From: Lama glama
Taxonomy: Eukaryota
Assembly (NCBI GenBank): GCA_028534125.1
Contig: CM052818.1
Location: 11,410,001-11,474,000 of the forward strand
Length of the DNA: 64,000 nt
Reading direction: 5' to 3'
The notes under the pieces were generated by a model. That model made no database searches. It was not told the origin of the DNA and worked only from the letters and a program-made list of their open reading frames with translations. Each line of letters begins with the position of its first letter. Positions within the stretch are counted from its first letter, which is position 1. A program made the translations under genes and the position numbers. Positions 51,434 through 64,000 of this stretch are shown one piece after another.

Positions 51434-54049
51434 CCAGCTCTTCCTGTTTACTGGAACAGGGAAGGAAAGCTGTTGGGTCAATGTCTTCTTAATTAACTGA
51501 GAAAGGTTGAAGTTGTTTGCCCTACTTTTCTGGTTCGCCTTCTCTGTCTTCAGAGTGAGGAGTGACCATATGTATGCTCTCTCTCTCTCTCTCTCATAGG
51601 GTACTCAGGTGGGCCCTGTGGGGATTGGAGTCTGGGATACATATCGCATGGATCTCTGCCAAAGAGACTTCATTCTGTCTCCACTAATCCAAATCTCCCA
51701 CCTTCAGCTTCCTCCAAAAATTGTCTCAATCAAGAGTTGGGTCAACATAATAACATTCCTATTACTTACATCTGTATGGCACCCTCTCACCTCCACCACC
51801 ACCACTCCCAAAAAGAACAAAGGTTTTGGGTATTGATATTCATATTCTCAACAGATTAAAATTTGTTCTTGAAAATCATCAAAGATCCATCTTTATTCAG
51901 CATTAGACACTGTGTAGTCTATCAATGTAAGATGAAAAAAAGCAAAGATTAAGTCATATGCATTTATGTAGTTTTGTAGAAATGCATATATTGCAAGCCT
52001 CTGATTGGGGTGCTCGGCTTCCTTCTCTTGCAGTCTGTAATGACATACATAGAGCTATGCTCAAGTTATAAATCTTTTTCACACGGACTTACCAGAAGTG
52101 ACTGAAAACGAACTTAACCTGTATTAGATGTAGTTACGGATCTGCAGAGACGTTTAAGCTCTCTTTAAGCAACAAATTGAAGCCATCACTCTAGCTCGAA
52201 GTTGAATCCGTTCATTGTCCTTAGTGATTAAAATTCAGAAAAATCTGCCTGAAAATAAATCATTCACATAAATTAACCCTCAAGGGGCACTTTCTTGGAG
52301 CCTGGGCGCTACTTGTATATAGAGCCGTCTGCCAGAGCCACTGGGGACGTCAAGAAGCATTTGAGATGAACAAGTGCTGAGTCACTTTAAAACTAACACA
52401 GTAATACAGGCAGTTATCACCCAAATACATTACTTATCACCGAGGCCTCCTGATGCCTGTGCTTACCCAGGAACCCTCCTGTGATATTGAAGGCCAAGGC
52501 ATCTCCTCTCCCTAACAACGGTGTTGTATCTTTGGCAACTCGAGCAGGAACTCAGAAAATCAATACCACTTCATGAGCCAGGTCTTGGTCCTCTCCCTTT
52601 ACGAGGATTCTGTCAATGCAAGGGGCCATTACTGTACTTTAAAGGCATGATATAAAATTGCTTCGACAAGATATAAGACACACCGTTTGCAAGAACCTGG
52701 TGAGAGTATTTTAGTCAAAGTTAAATAGTTTCATCACGTAATTACTTCAATTGGCCAAGCTCCAGCTGAACGCGCTCTCGGAGGGGCTGCGCCTTCTATT
52801 ATGGGTGGGGGGTTGGGAGGGAGGCCTGTCGATCGGATTCAGTTGTTCTAAACAAGGTCAGGCTGTCACAATGGAGGCAGAGCCCAGCATCGATGCCATT
52901 GGCAATGACACTGCCGCAACTCAGTTGACAAGTTGCTCTCCCTTTTTTTTCCCCTCCAACTAAGTGGTCTGAAAGTAGCTTTAGTTTTATGGCTAGAAAA
53001 TATTTCATCCTGATTTGCAGTCTGGTAATTCATTTTCTAAGGACTGTTTAGAATTTATTCAGGGGGAAAAGGAAATTCTGTTGGTTTCTCTAACCGAGTC
53101 CCATTATATGACAAAATTTAACTTTTGTGTTTTATGAGGTTTTATGTGTTCCACTAAAACCATTAGCTGGTTGTCTCCTCATGATAAAATTTAATCACTT
53201 GGATAATACCTTAAAAGCCAATGACAGTTTTGCATGTATTTATGTTTTCTTTCATTTAAAATATGTGGGTGTCATAAAGATAGCTCTTCCGGGGGGTGGG
53301 GGTGAGGAAAAGGCTGGCACTAAAAGCAGAAAATGTGGAAGCATTGAGCCTTTATGTATCACTCAATAAGGATGAAGCACAGTAGCCTATAAACTGCTTG
53401 AAATGTGGGCAAAAGTGGATGCTAGTCCATGACCACCATTCATACTTCAGTGATTACCTAAGTGCACCCAAGCTCTGTGTTTAACTTTATCCCATGTATA
53501 CTCGATGGCTATGAGATTTTGGTATTGAAACAACATTTTCAATAATAACAATGAGAAATAGACTCAAAGGACAGACACGTACACACCTTGGAGTAGTGTC
53601 TCATAGAAGCTAATCACATCAGCCTGCCCTTCGCAATCAGAGACGCTCTCAGAAAGCCACTTCCAAGTAACACTTCTTAAATTTGGTTGGCTAATAAAGA
53701 CTAGAAGAAAAGTGATTTTCTCTCCCCCTCATCCCACTTCCACCTACAGAGTTCCAATTACGGCATCACTTAATCGCCACGCATATTTATTTTAGAGTTA
53801 TTCAAATACATTTAAGAATTTATATATGTCTATTATTAGATTTATTGGTGCTAATGATTTGGATTAAAATAGCACTTTTCTTCCTGAGGCTATAACAATT
53901 TTTCGTGAATGACCTAATTCATTCTCTCTGCATGGCTCAAATGGGAAGTAGGAGAGGGGCAAAGGTCATTCAACCCATTTGGCTCAGGACAATTGTATCC
54001 CCCAGAAAGAATTAACTAAGGATCCATATATTCTGATAGTAATGGATCA

Positions 54050-54180
54050 AGGAATTGGCTAGATTTTTGACTGCAAAGAGTGCAATCATCGCATACATAT
54101 TGTTCAACATGATATTGCCAGCAAACGGAATAGTATCAAACACAAGAAATATTTGTTAAAGAAATGAATTAATGAATAGA
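54050..54180 (+). mobile_element. L2 3' end
   Basis: aaatatttgttaaagaaatgaattaatgaa tail. Confidence 0.55.
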
Positions 54181-54549
54181 TGTATCATTTGGTCAACCAG
54201 TCAGTCATAGAGAACTTCTGACAGAAATCTGCAAATTCTCAAAGCTAGTGGAAGTAGAGCTGTTGTGTTTGATAGCGTATCCCCTCCAATCGTAAAGGTG
54301 TATATGCTCCTTTTGAAAGAGAGGCAAAGGGTGTTATTTGGCTGACACATAGGTATGAATGTATGCTACCACAGTGATGATTAGGGGACTAGGAATATTC
54401 ACCAGTCCTCCTCCAAAACCTCCCCTACCTTTAGAGGGATGAATAAATTTCCCTATCAGGGAACAAAGCTTTTCCTTCAATGATGACACATAAAAGGCTG
54501 GATGGAAATGTTTCTAGGAAAGTATATCAGAGTAGGTTTTGCTGGAAGG

Positions 54550-54762
54550 AGAAGCTGATTTACTGTGAAGCTAATGAGCCATAAATTTCAGGCCCCTCAC
54601 TCTCCAGACCCCTACCAAGGTCCTGGGAGGACCACAGCAATGAGTTTTCATTGCTTTTGTGGAATTTGCAGAAGTAAGTTATTTTTGTGTTGTGTTTTTA
54701 TAAAAACACCTACCCCTCAAATTGCATGAGTCTCAGACCCCACAAATCCTGGATTACCTATG
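54550..54762. mobile_element. hAT-Tip100 MITE (ORSL-like)
   Basis: gatttactgtgaagctaatgagccataaatttcaggcccctcac...aaattgcatgagtctcagaccccacaaatcctggat; family name recalled, not verified. Confidence 0.6.
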
Positions 54763-54799
54763 GCTGTAGGGTCAGATTTATTTTAAAATTCCAATGGTA

Positions 54800-55120
54800 T
54801 AACACAACATAGGTTTGCTCTAGCTCTGTTCCATACAGTCACTCAGGGATCCAGCTGACAAAGGTTCCTGCTGTCTTTTGACACTGCCATCTCAACGTGG
54901 GTTTACCAGGGTGGTGTCAGCAGGGGGAAAACATGGAAAATTTAAACCAATATAAAGTACTTTATTCAGAATTGATACTTAATCACTTATCTTCATAACC
55001 CATAGACTGGAACTAGTATGTGGATCAAACTTAGTCTCAAGGGAAGCTGGGAAAACTTCCTGTGTGGTCAGGACAAAGAGGATAACTGAATGCAGTGAGC
55101 ACTATTAATCTATACATCAA
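54800..55120 (-). mobile_element. MLT1 (MaLR) LTR fragment (J/K-like)
   Basis: cagtcactcagggatccagctgac..ggaactagtatgtgg..caagggaagctgggaaa..gtgagcact. Confidence 0.75.
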
Positions 55121-55419
55121 AAGTATCTTCTGATTTTCTTTGACACCAAAGTGTACTTAGAAATGATTAGATAAAGTACAAGAGCATGAAAGTATTTGGC
55201 TCCTAAAGAGTGGAAAGGCAAGAACTCAATAATGCCAACCTCAGGAAAAAAGTCAAATTTTGAGCACTCTAAAACTCATCCGGAGAGATTTAGTAATAAG
55301 AGGCAAGATTAAAAGATTAATTCTTGGTGTTATTAGAACTAGTCTACTGCTCAGAAGGATTCCAAGGTATCTGAATGCACTTGTCCCAACAAAATACCCA
55401 TATTTCTTGTAATGAAGTA

Positions 55420-55935
55420 GCTCAAAATTCCTCAATGTTTTCTTTTGTCTAAAGGACAACAGCCAAACTTATTAGCATTCAAGGTCCTCCAAAATCCAAT
55501 TTGTTTAGTTTTCCTGCCTCTTTTCTTCCCACTCTGCTTCCCCAAACCCCAGCCACACAAAACAACGTATCATTCCGTGAGTAGATACACTATCCTGCCT
55601 TTTGACTACACACTCTATCCTCGACAGTAAATGCTCTCTCTTCTTTCTCTCATGCAACCAATGAACTCATTCTTCAACTTGAAGTTCAAATATCATCTTC
55701 CATGGAAGTCAAGCCTCCCTTACAGGTTCTGCCATTTTTTCCATTGTGTTTATTTTCCCTTTGTGTTTATTTCAGTTATATTATATATCTTCTCGTTTAT
55801 AGGCACAATCTCTTTCCTGTTAGACCATCAACCTCATCCGTGAAGACCAGTGCTTTATCCCCAGCACTTAGGCCAGCCTCTGGCAGATGGTCAGAATATA
55901 ATAAATTATTGTTGCATGAATGAATAAATGAGTGA
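55420..55935 (+). mobile_element. L2 LINE 3' region
   Basis: ccaaacttattagcattcaaggtcctcc..gttcaaatatcatcttccatggaag..ccccagcactta..ataaattattgttgcatgaatgaataaatga. Confidence 0.85.
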
Positions 55936-56619
55936 CTAGTGAGGGAGTATAGTGACCAAAAGGAATCAGGATTTTCTAATGAAGCTAAGATGCAGGTGAC
56001 CCCAAAGTTAGACAGGGGACAAGAATGGCCCCTATGTTGCTAGAGCAGATATTGCTCATTTAGGGACATGTGCCCACATGTCTATACAGGACCAAGTGCT
56101 GTAATTTTCGAAGGGCTATTTAGTGCAGGTATTTCCATAATTGGGACGAAGTGAGAAAATTCCATGCTCACTGGCCCTAAAAGTCACCCTTCCACCTGGG
56201 TAATGCAATGGTCCAGGCTTTAAAAGATGTATGAATTGCCTCTCCCCAGAGGGACCAAGCAGAGAGGGATGTACTTTCCAACATGGCACAGTTATTGACC
56301 TTCCATTGTACCAAATCGACAAATGTCAAAGCAATGAGTGTTTCTAAGTAGAAAGCTACTGTTTGAAAACAGATGTTTAAAATGCAGGTCCTTGAGAGCT
56401 GCCCTCTCTCCAGACACACTTGCTAACAATTCTGAGAAGCACAGAATACAAACATGTATCATTCCCCTACTTTCCTCTCCAAGATTAAAGAAAGGATGTT
56501 GAACGAATCTTCACTTTTGTTTATGCAATTTAAGACTGAAGAATGAATTCCTGAGGTCAAGATGAATCCCAGCACGAGAGAAGGCTAAATGGTACCATGA
56601 CACCATGTGTGTGTAATAA

Positions 56620-56745
56620 TGTCATAGGTTTGTGCAGTGCTTCTGACTCTGCAAATCTCATCATTCTCATAGGATCCTTAACTCATCTTGGGACAGCCCA
56701 ATAACAGGTTGGATTAGACCCATTTGACAGAGGGGAAACCCATCA
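56620..56745 (-). mobile_element. MIR fragment
   Basis: attagacccattttgacagaggggaaac. Confidence 0.55.
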
Positions 56746-56899
56746 CCAGCAAAGATGCAGCATTCCTAAATATTGATAAAAATGGAGTGTTCTCCCAAAG
56801 GTAAAGGAGAAGTACCTAGATTGTTAATTCAATTTTGAGGGCATCACATCAACGTATCTACTACCAAGTTACTTCTCTGAGTGCATGGATGATGTGAGT

Positions 56900-57290
56900 G
56901 TATTATTTATTCATTTAACACACAACTTTGAGTTTTGAGCACAACTTTTGAGCACTGTGCTCGAGATAAAGCATGCAGAAATAAGTAATGATCCAGCTAT
57001 AAGTGAGTTTACAGAAGCAGATGAGAGATTATACAATGATGGGGAAGTTCAATGATGCTGAGGTGCTGGAGAATCATGGGAACACAAATAAGGTCAAGAG
57101 GGCATTCCTAAGGGAGGCAGGGATGACCCCTAGAGGAGCTAGCACTTAAATGCAGGATGCAGAGAAATTAACCACATAAATAGAAGGACAAAAGGAGACA
57201 AAAGAGACCCATGGACAAAGGCACAGCATAAGAAATCAAGTATATGTGCAACTCCAATCATTTGGGTGGGTAGACTATAAAGCAAGAAAT
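56900..57290 (-). mobile_element. L2 fragment
   Basis: tttattcatttaaca..gagcactgtgct..catgggaacacaaa..caaaggcacag. Confidence 0.65.
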
Positions 57291-57954
57291 ACAGAGAAAT
57301 GTTGGATCTCAAGAAATCCTGCAGTCCAGTGATCCACCTCAGGAAACAAAGGTCTCCTCCAGGACCTATGAGAGGACTGCTGACTCATTTGGCTGAGAAT
57401 AAACATTTAGACATCTGTGAAATTGGCCTTTCTCCCTCAACCCCATAGCAGTGCCCAAACCACAGTTTATATATTAGGGTAAAGGTCTCAGGCCCAGCAT
57501 AGAAGGCCACAGTGAGAAACTGCAGCTACAAATCAAGCAAAGTTCCCTCTTCTTGTCTGAGGGCACTTCGGCAGTGGAAGATGTCCATGCAAGGGGCCTG
57601 GCTCATCCGGACAGAGAAGGGGGCATCTCTCCCTGCCTTGAAGCTCCCAGCCCTTGTGGCAAAATGAATTCTCCCTCTGCCTGTGATATGGTAAATGTAT
57701 TTCACAGGGGAGAAGGTTTTTTAATCCTGTAATAAGAGAGAGTCATTAAGATGCAAATACCCTCTGGGGAGGAAACAAGTGAGTAAGGGTGAATGACTCT
57801 GAGCAGAGCCATTTCTGGGAGCCAACTTTGCAAATGAAGAAGGAGCAGAGGCAGGAAGGCCAGTGACAGGGAGGGAGGGGGTGCTGTTCTAGTGCCCAGA
57901 GCTGACGTCACCTCCATCACACTTGCTAACAGAACTAGGAGAAACACCTATGGG

Positions 57955-58171
57955 CAGGAGTCAGCCACTTTCTTCTGTAAAGGGCTAGGTAACAAATCTT
58001 TTAGGCTTTACAGGATACCAGGGCTTAGAACCACTCAGCTCTGCTATTAGAGCTCAAAAGCAACCACAGACAAAATGTAAATGATGAGCATAGCTGTGTT
58101 TCAATAAAACCCTTCTTTACACAAACAAGTATGCAGCCAGTAGCCCACAGACCATAGTTGGCTGACCTCTG
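57955..58171. mobile_element. MER58A hAT-Charlie MITE, full length
   Basis: TIRs caggagtcagc / gctgacctctg; internal tctgtaaagggc..ctcagctctgc..agctgtgtttcaataaaac. Confidence 0.9.
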
Positions 58172-58179
58172 TCTTAGAA

Positions 58180-58325
58180 CACTGGATCTCAAAGTCTGGT
58201 CCCCAGACCAGCAGCATCAGCATCACCAGGGAACTTATTAGAAATGTAAATTCTCAGCCCCACCCCAGACCTTCAGAATCAAAAACCCAAGGTCTAGGGT
58301 CCAGCAGTCTGTGTTTTATTGGCTG
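58180..58325 (+). mobile_element. MER5A hAT-Charlie MITE, adjacent to MER58A
   Basis: tctcaaagtctggtccccagaccagcagcatcagcatcaccagggaacttattagaaatgtaaattctcagccccaccccagacc. Confidence 0.9.
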
Positions 58326-59414
58326 TGAAAGAATCAACTTCATTCCAAATGGTGACTCTGGAGGTAGTAATCTGTTAAAGACAAGGTTTCGAACCACACC
58401 GTGGGCATTTATGATCAAAGGGAAATTTTCACTGTTAAAGAGCATTCTTTTGTCTAAACAGAAAGTACGGTGTGAGAGCATGTATGGCAAAACTCAAAAG
58501 ACCCTCTGCAAGTTTCCTAATTCATCTGACAGCCAGTTTTTATGACTCATCATCTAAAACCAATATGGCAGCCACACATCCTACCTGGGTTTGAATTGAT
58601 CATAGAATTCCAGAAAACACTAACAGCAGCTCTGGTTAAGGAGAAATTTGTAGATGACAGGGTTGGTTTCCTTAATGGAAAACCAGCATGGCTTTCTTCA
58701 GCAAATGGTGAACTGAGTATTAAAAAGGCATTAAGCTGCCTTCTTTGCCATGTCAAGGATGCATTCAAATTCAAGACAGCATTTAAAATATTAAAACATC
58801 TAGCAATGTTATTACTAGCTCATTTAAAATGGCGACCATGAAAAATTTAGTTTAAGCTATCCAATGATGGCTCGTGAGACCCTTAAAAATACACACACAG
58901 ATAACTGAATTTTTAAAGTAAGTTCCTTATTAACTTCTTTCCCCTCCTCTATTACCATTGCTATTTTCCAGCTGTATAAACAGTCTGGAGAGTATGCCCT
59001 GAATGAATTCACCGTTCAGAAAACAACATAATTACAGCCATTCCAGCAAACCGAGTGCCAAAAAAGTTACAAATTAATTGAAGGTTAGCATTGAAAATTA
59101 AATCCTAGTCAGCTTGAAGTCATCTCTTAGGCTATTTTCTATAGAATTAAATAGAGAACTCACTCCACATCAGTTTCGTTGACAGAGTTTTAAAGTTCAG
59201 GTGGACAAACTGCCTTCTCCCCAACTATCACTTTCCTGTGATCCGCTGTTGCTAGTCCTAGTTAATGCCTGCCAATAGTACCTTAGAATGTGCTTACGAT
59301 TTATGCATGATGCAGGACCACTTCCTAATCTCCTATAAATACACAGACCTTAGAAAAATATCAGTTTATCTTGTCCTATTCTATTTTGTTAGACACTGCT
59401 GAGAGACATCATCA

Positions 59415-59740
59415 AAAAACATTTTATTTGTATTATTTCATATTTTCACACATATAAGCCATTTGCAAGAATAGTACAAGAATCTCCTAAACCTTTCATC
59501 CAGATTCCCCAAATGTAAACATATTTACAATATTAGTTAATGTTAATAGCCAAAGTTCAACTATCAAAATCAGAAAATTAAAATGAAAAACCATTGAAAA
59601 TCAAAACCACTATCTAACTGGCAGACCTTCTTCAGATTTCACCATCTCTCCCTCTAATGCCCTTTTACCAGCCCAGGAGACAATCCAGGATCAGGTGTGG
59701 TATTTACCTGTCATGTTTCCTTCATGTCCTTTGATCTGAT
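59415..59740 (-). mobile_element. Old L1 3'UTR (L1MC-like)
   Basis: ttgcaagaatagtacaagaa..ccagattcccc..ttcagatttcacca..caatccaggatca..tgtcatgtttccttc. Confidence 0.75.
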
Positions 59741-59754
59741 CATCAATAAATGTT

Positions 59755-59860
59755 TAGATCCAACAAGTATTCATTGAGCGCCTAAGTTGTGCCAAAATTG
59801 TGGCAAGCTCTGAGAATTCAAAGATGGTTCTGGCCTTTGAAATACATACATATAATTGTG
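59755..59860 (-). mobile_element. L2 3' end
   Basis: caacaagtattcattgagcgcctaagttgtgccaaaattgtggcaagctctgagaattcaaagatgg. Confidence 0.7.
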
Positions 59861-60779
59861 AAAATCAAAATAAAATCAAAGGCCAGACGTGGAAGAACGT
59901 ACTGAAGTATTGCTTCTTTTAGGAAAACAAAACAAAAATAAATAAATAAAAGAATACTGTCTAGATTTGGGGGAAAAAGATATTATTAATGAAGATGACC
60001 TCAACCCAAAAGACTCTTGCTTCCAAAAAATGATTATTCATGGCTGAACACAACATTCAGAGAAATTGCATGTAACTGTGAGCTACTGGATCATCTTCAC
60101 GGTCAATGTTTTTATGTTTCACATCTCAACAAGGCTTGGTAAACAGGGGGCTCAGTAAAAGTCAAATAAAGTGGAGATTTGAGGTCATCTCTGAAGACTA
60201 CCTGAGGATTCAGAACAGGCAGGGTTATCCCCAGGTGTGTCAGCCCGAAAGCCCCTCTTGATAGTGAAAAAACTCACTCAGACTTCAAATTAAAATAAAG
60301 TTCAGAGGTTAATTACCATTTGAAGACCTTACTTCTTTTTGTACTGCTTTGAAACAGGCTATGTAGCGATGTACTGTAAAACACTTGGCAGAGAACCATG
60401 GACTGCTCGTCAAGATTTCTGGCACGCTAACTGGTCTCTCCATTTACTTCACTTCTTTCATATCAAATTTCATCTCCATGGCTCATTCAGTGCTGTGTTT
60501 GGTGAGATTTCTAGACTCTTGGGGTTGAGAGAACATCAGAGGCTGCTAGTCCAGCACCTGAACGATTCGTAATCACAAGTCTTTCACAACATTTCTAACA
60601 AGAGGTGTGGCTACTCTCCCTTTTACTAGCACCATCTAGCTTCAGGAAAGTCTTCCTGATACTGCTACAGAATTCCAGCATCCTACACCTCTCACCTTCC
60701 TCTCTATATTTAACAAGTATAGCCCTAAGTTCTGCCTTCTATAGTCACACAGAGTAATTCTGGTTATATATCAGTTCAT

Positions 60780-61700
60780 CAATGACTTTTAAAACTATGA
60801 GTTCTAAAATGAACCAAATTCCCCCAAGTCTGTCCTGACCAGCACAGGGCACAGTCATCTCATTGGTGCTGATACTACCTCAGTGTCCTTGAATCACACA
60901 GCTTTTCTAGTAGTTGCATCTCAGTGTTGACACATGGTGGGTTTTCAGAATCAACTGAGCACTGAATTTTTCTGAAATGTGCTACTACTCTTCTGCTTCA
61001 TTTTTTATATTATGTACTAAAGCAGAGAGACTTGGAGGTCCTATGTGCATAACTCTGTGCTTGTCTATTTTGGATTCTACTTCATTATGTTCGACCCATG
61101 ATTATAACAGTTTGAGACCTTTTTGTTCACGAAGCAAATAAGTGAGTTACCCTACCTTTTTTCTGTCATCTACCAATCAAGTAAGAAGCCATCTATGTCA
61201 TCACCAGTCATCATTAAAAATATGGAACAAAATAAGACTACTGGCAGAAGCGGATGCCTAGTTAATTCCCTAGAGACAAACTCTGCTTCATTAGGCAGCT
61301 CTCCTTGTCATGTAACTAAATGGTTACAGATGTATTCATCTACAGTAACCCACATCTTACCACTTTTGTTCACAAAGATAACCATAGATTTTACCAAAAG
61401 TGTTGCTGAAATCCAGGTTCACTAGGGCTTTCCCTAGTCTATCCCAAAATGAAAATGGCTTAGCTTGGTAAGACTTGGCAGCAAGACATGAAATGAAGTG
61501 TATCGAGAACATTTCACATGCTCTACTCAGAGATAAGAGAGCTGCATGACAGGTAGACAACTTCTACCATCACCAAAGACAACTTGTATCTTACCCACTT
61601 GCGTTACCTATACCTGAAATACAGCAACCATGTTCTCACACCGATGCCATTTTTATTTTTCTCTCTTTCTTTTTTTTTTTTCACTTTTAATAGAATAGTC
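60780..61700 (-). mobile_element. CR1/L3 LINE RT-domain fossil
   Basis: Minus ORF 61357-61560 contains KSYQAKPFSFWDRLGKALVNLDFSNTFGKI, matching CR1 RT KSCQTNLISFFDRV..GNAVDVIYLDFSKAFDKV; outer boundaries approximate. Confidence 0.75.
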
Positions 61701-62513
61701 TATATCATCAGTTTCACTGATTTCCTAGAACATTCTCTTGGCACTGTGCCTCCCTTCCTCATGGAATGTGTCACCTATATCGTGAAGCTTCACTCCACTA
61801 AATCTGAGAGGTTACGTATGTCTCCCTGGATTAAAATCTCAAATTTGCTTTAAAATGTTTTTCACACTCAACATAATCAATAATACTCTGGCATCTATAT
61901 GATGCCATGTGCATTATTTTCATTTCTTGCCCAGGTATTTTCTTCTTCAACATACTAAATACCTATTTAATGTATCTTTTTTCTTTCCATCTTGCAACTT
62001 TTGTCTACTTTTATATTTTCTGGTGAAACCAAAGTTAGAATACAAAGTGGTTATAGTGCAAATGCACAGACTCTTTGGAAACAAAGGGTAACCATTTTTA
62101 CAAGCCACCTTAAGGACAAGACTAAGAAATGCTTTTGCTAATTAGCATCATGAGGTTGAACTAAACCAAGGATCTTAGATTAATTCTAATGAGCTATGAG
62201 CTAATATTGGTAAGATGCTTTTAGATTTTTAATTTAAAAGCACTTTGCCAATGAAAGTATAAAGGTTACAAATTTTCTGAGCCATCTGGTCCCCTACCTA
62301 AAGTAATGATTTCAAAAAGTTTAGATGGATGAATGGATAGATAAATAGGGAATTTTTTCCTCTGTCTGCTATTCATTAAGAAAAGTTTGTATCCCCACAA
62401 AAGCCAATTTAAATAGATGATTATTCCATTCATAGTTCATGCTGCAGCAAGTGAAAAGTAAAGGCAAATACTATATACAAATATATAACCTACACTGTTA
62501 AAAATATTCACAA

Positions 62514-62767
62514 TGATAAGATCTGAGGATCTAATACAGCATAATGACTATAGTTAATAATAGTGTATTATACACTTGAAAGTTGCTAAGAGAGTAGATC
62601 TTATACGTTCTTACCACAAAAAATGGTAATTATGTGACATGATGAAGGTGTTAGCTATGGTGGTAATCATTTTGCAATAAATAAGTATATCAAATCAACA
62701 CCCTGTACATCTTAAACTAACACATGTTATATGTCAATTATGTCTCAGTGAAGCTGGAAAAATATAC
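62514..62767 (+). mobile_element. L1 3' end (L1MA9-like), 5'-truncated
   Basis: gactatagttaataatagtgtattatacacttgaaagttgctaagagagtagatctt..tgttatatgtcaattatgtctcagtgaagctggaaaaa; flanking repeat atattcacaa at 62504-62513 and 62768-62777. Confidence 0.9.
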
Positions 62768-62859
62768 ATATTCACAAGGAGAGCCAAACTGGTCCCTTCA
62801 TCACTAAGAGGCTACTTTCTGAAAGAGTGTGAGAGCAAGAGCCGTCGTAATACTGCCTT

Positions 62860-63060
62860 CTACTTATTGATTACTTATTATAGCCAACTCTTTAACATTC
62901 ATTAACATATTTAATTTTTGGAGTAGTCAGATGAAGCAATTACTAATATCTGCTCCATTTTACAAAAGTAGAAACTGAGATTTATAAAGGTTAAACCTTC
63001 CCTGATGTTTCAAATATCAGGACCGTGATCTAGGATTGGTACCCAGCAGCTCTGCTCCAT
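62860..63060 (-). mobile_element. MIR SINE
   Basis: ctccattttacaaaagtagaaactgagatttataaaggttaa. Confidence 0.75.
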
Positions 63061-64000
63061 ATGTTCTGTTCTCTCTCCCTCTACAACAGCACAGGCGGAA
63101 ACTGTGGTAAAACTTGGACAACATCACAAACACAAAAGGCATGCAATATACCTTCATTGCTTGTGTTGTATCATACCATTTAACCATCTCAACCTTCCTT
63201 TGTGACAGTGATATTCTCGCCCTCACTTTGCAGACAAGGGCAAGGGCAATTAGCAAGAGATGGGTACGTATTTTCCGAGATTGAGGACCCCACCTATTGC
63301 CAGGGCATCTGCCATCATTGTATCATGTCATCTTTTTGCTTGCTTGCTTTAAGTAAAATTTAAAAAATTACTAATCCTGGTTCTCCATAAAATAAATGAT
63401 TAAACGTTAATCACATACTATCCAATCCCTCTCCTCTCTGTGCTCCTCTTTGTAGAGGAAAGAACACTGGAGATTGTGGTTCTCCAGCTACCCTCAAGCG
63501 AATTATTTTAAAACCAATAATAAGAAGAGATTAGCCCAATTTTTTACAGTAGCCAAAAAGTCCACAGAAATCAGCGAAAGAAAATCCATCCCTAAGGGTC
63601 TTTGTAGGGGGGAGAAAAGAAAAAAATGACAAAGTATATTCTCCATCTTTAAGCAAATTCTCTGACCTGACATGACTAATTCAGTTTTCTCTAAAGGAGC
63701 ATTTTCTGACCTCCTTTGTCATCTTTTCAGACCCTACTAGCTAAGCAATTCTCTGAAAGATCTGAGAGGTATTCCTCTCCCTAACCAGCACCCCTTCCCT
63801 TATTAGGGAAAAATGTCATAGAAGTGACAGTAATTCAGCTCCCCAAATGCCTTTGCTCCCTGCTGGCTGACCTCCTTGGTGGGGGAGGGCAACATTCTCT
63901 GTAACCTCAGATGCTTTCTTTAATGTAGCCTTGGCTCTGCCCTTGGCCTTTGGTAGCCTGAACACAGAGCCGCAGAGACTGAGGCTTGAGGTGGTTAAAA

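Noticed and set aside
17300..61700. Minus-strand CR1 pieces as one fragmented element
   Set aside because: The order along the minus strand (RT, 3' end, then the pre-RT region) is not colinear, and the pieces are 11-32 kb apart.
1..64000. Host gene or species assignment
   Set aside because: No exon or diagnostic sequence is recognised with confidence; a camelid origin is only an inference from repeat content.

Overview
Non-coding placental-mammal DNA (intronic or intergenic). I could not support any host protein-coding exon, RNA gene or CRISPR array. The window is mostly old interspersed repeats: about 20 MIRs, several L2s, four or five CR1/L3 fossils, MLT1 LTRs, hAT MITEs (MER20, MER33, MER5A, MER58A, MER91) and old L1 pieces. 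Younger insertions are an ERV1-type solo LTR (30816-31386, 4-bp TSD), several tiny 5'-truncated L1 tails with TSDs, and one TSD-flanked L1 (24967-27756). That L1 has a full 5'UTR and an ORF1 start, but its inter-ORF spacer is joined directly to the last ~120 codons of ORF2, so no endonuclease or RT is visible. A 500-N gap lies inside it. I saw no Alu, B1/B2, Bov-tA/BovB, PRE-1 or Can-SINE; with the L1 style this suggests a laurasiatherian, possibly a camelid (inference only). Best leads: the ORF2-less L1 derivative, a recent non-tandem 102-bp duplication (11193/11948), readable CR1 ORF2 fossils, and a few motif-dense CpG-retaining unique segments. No convincing novel biological system is evident. 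Repeat family names come from remembered consensus sequences, and boundaries of old repeats are approximate.
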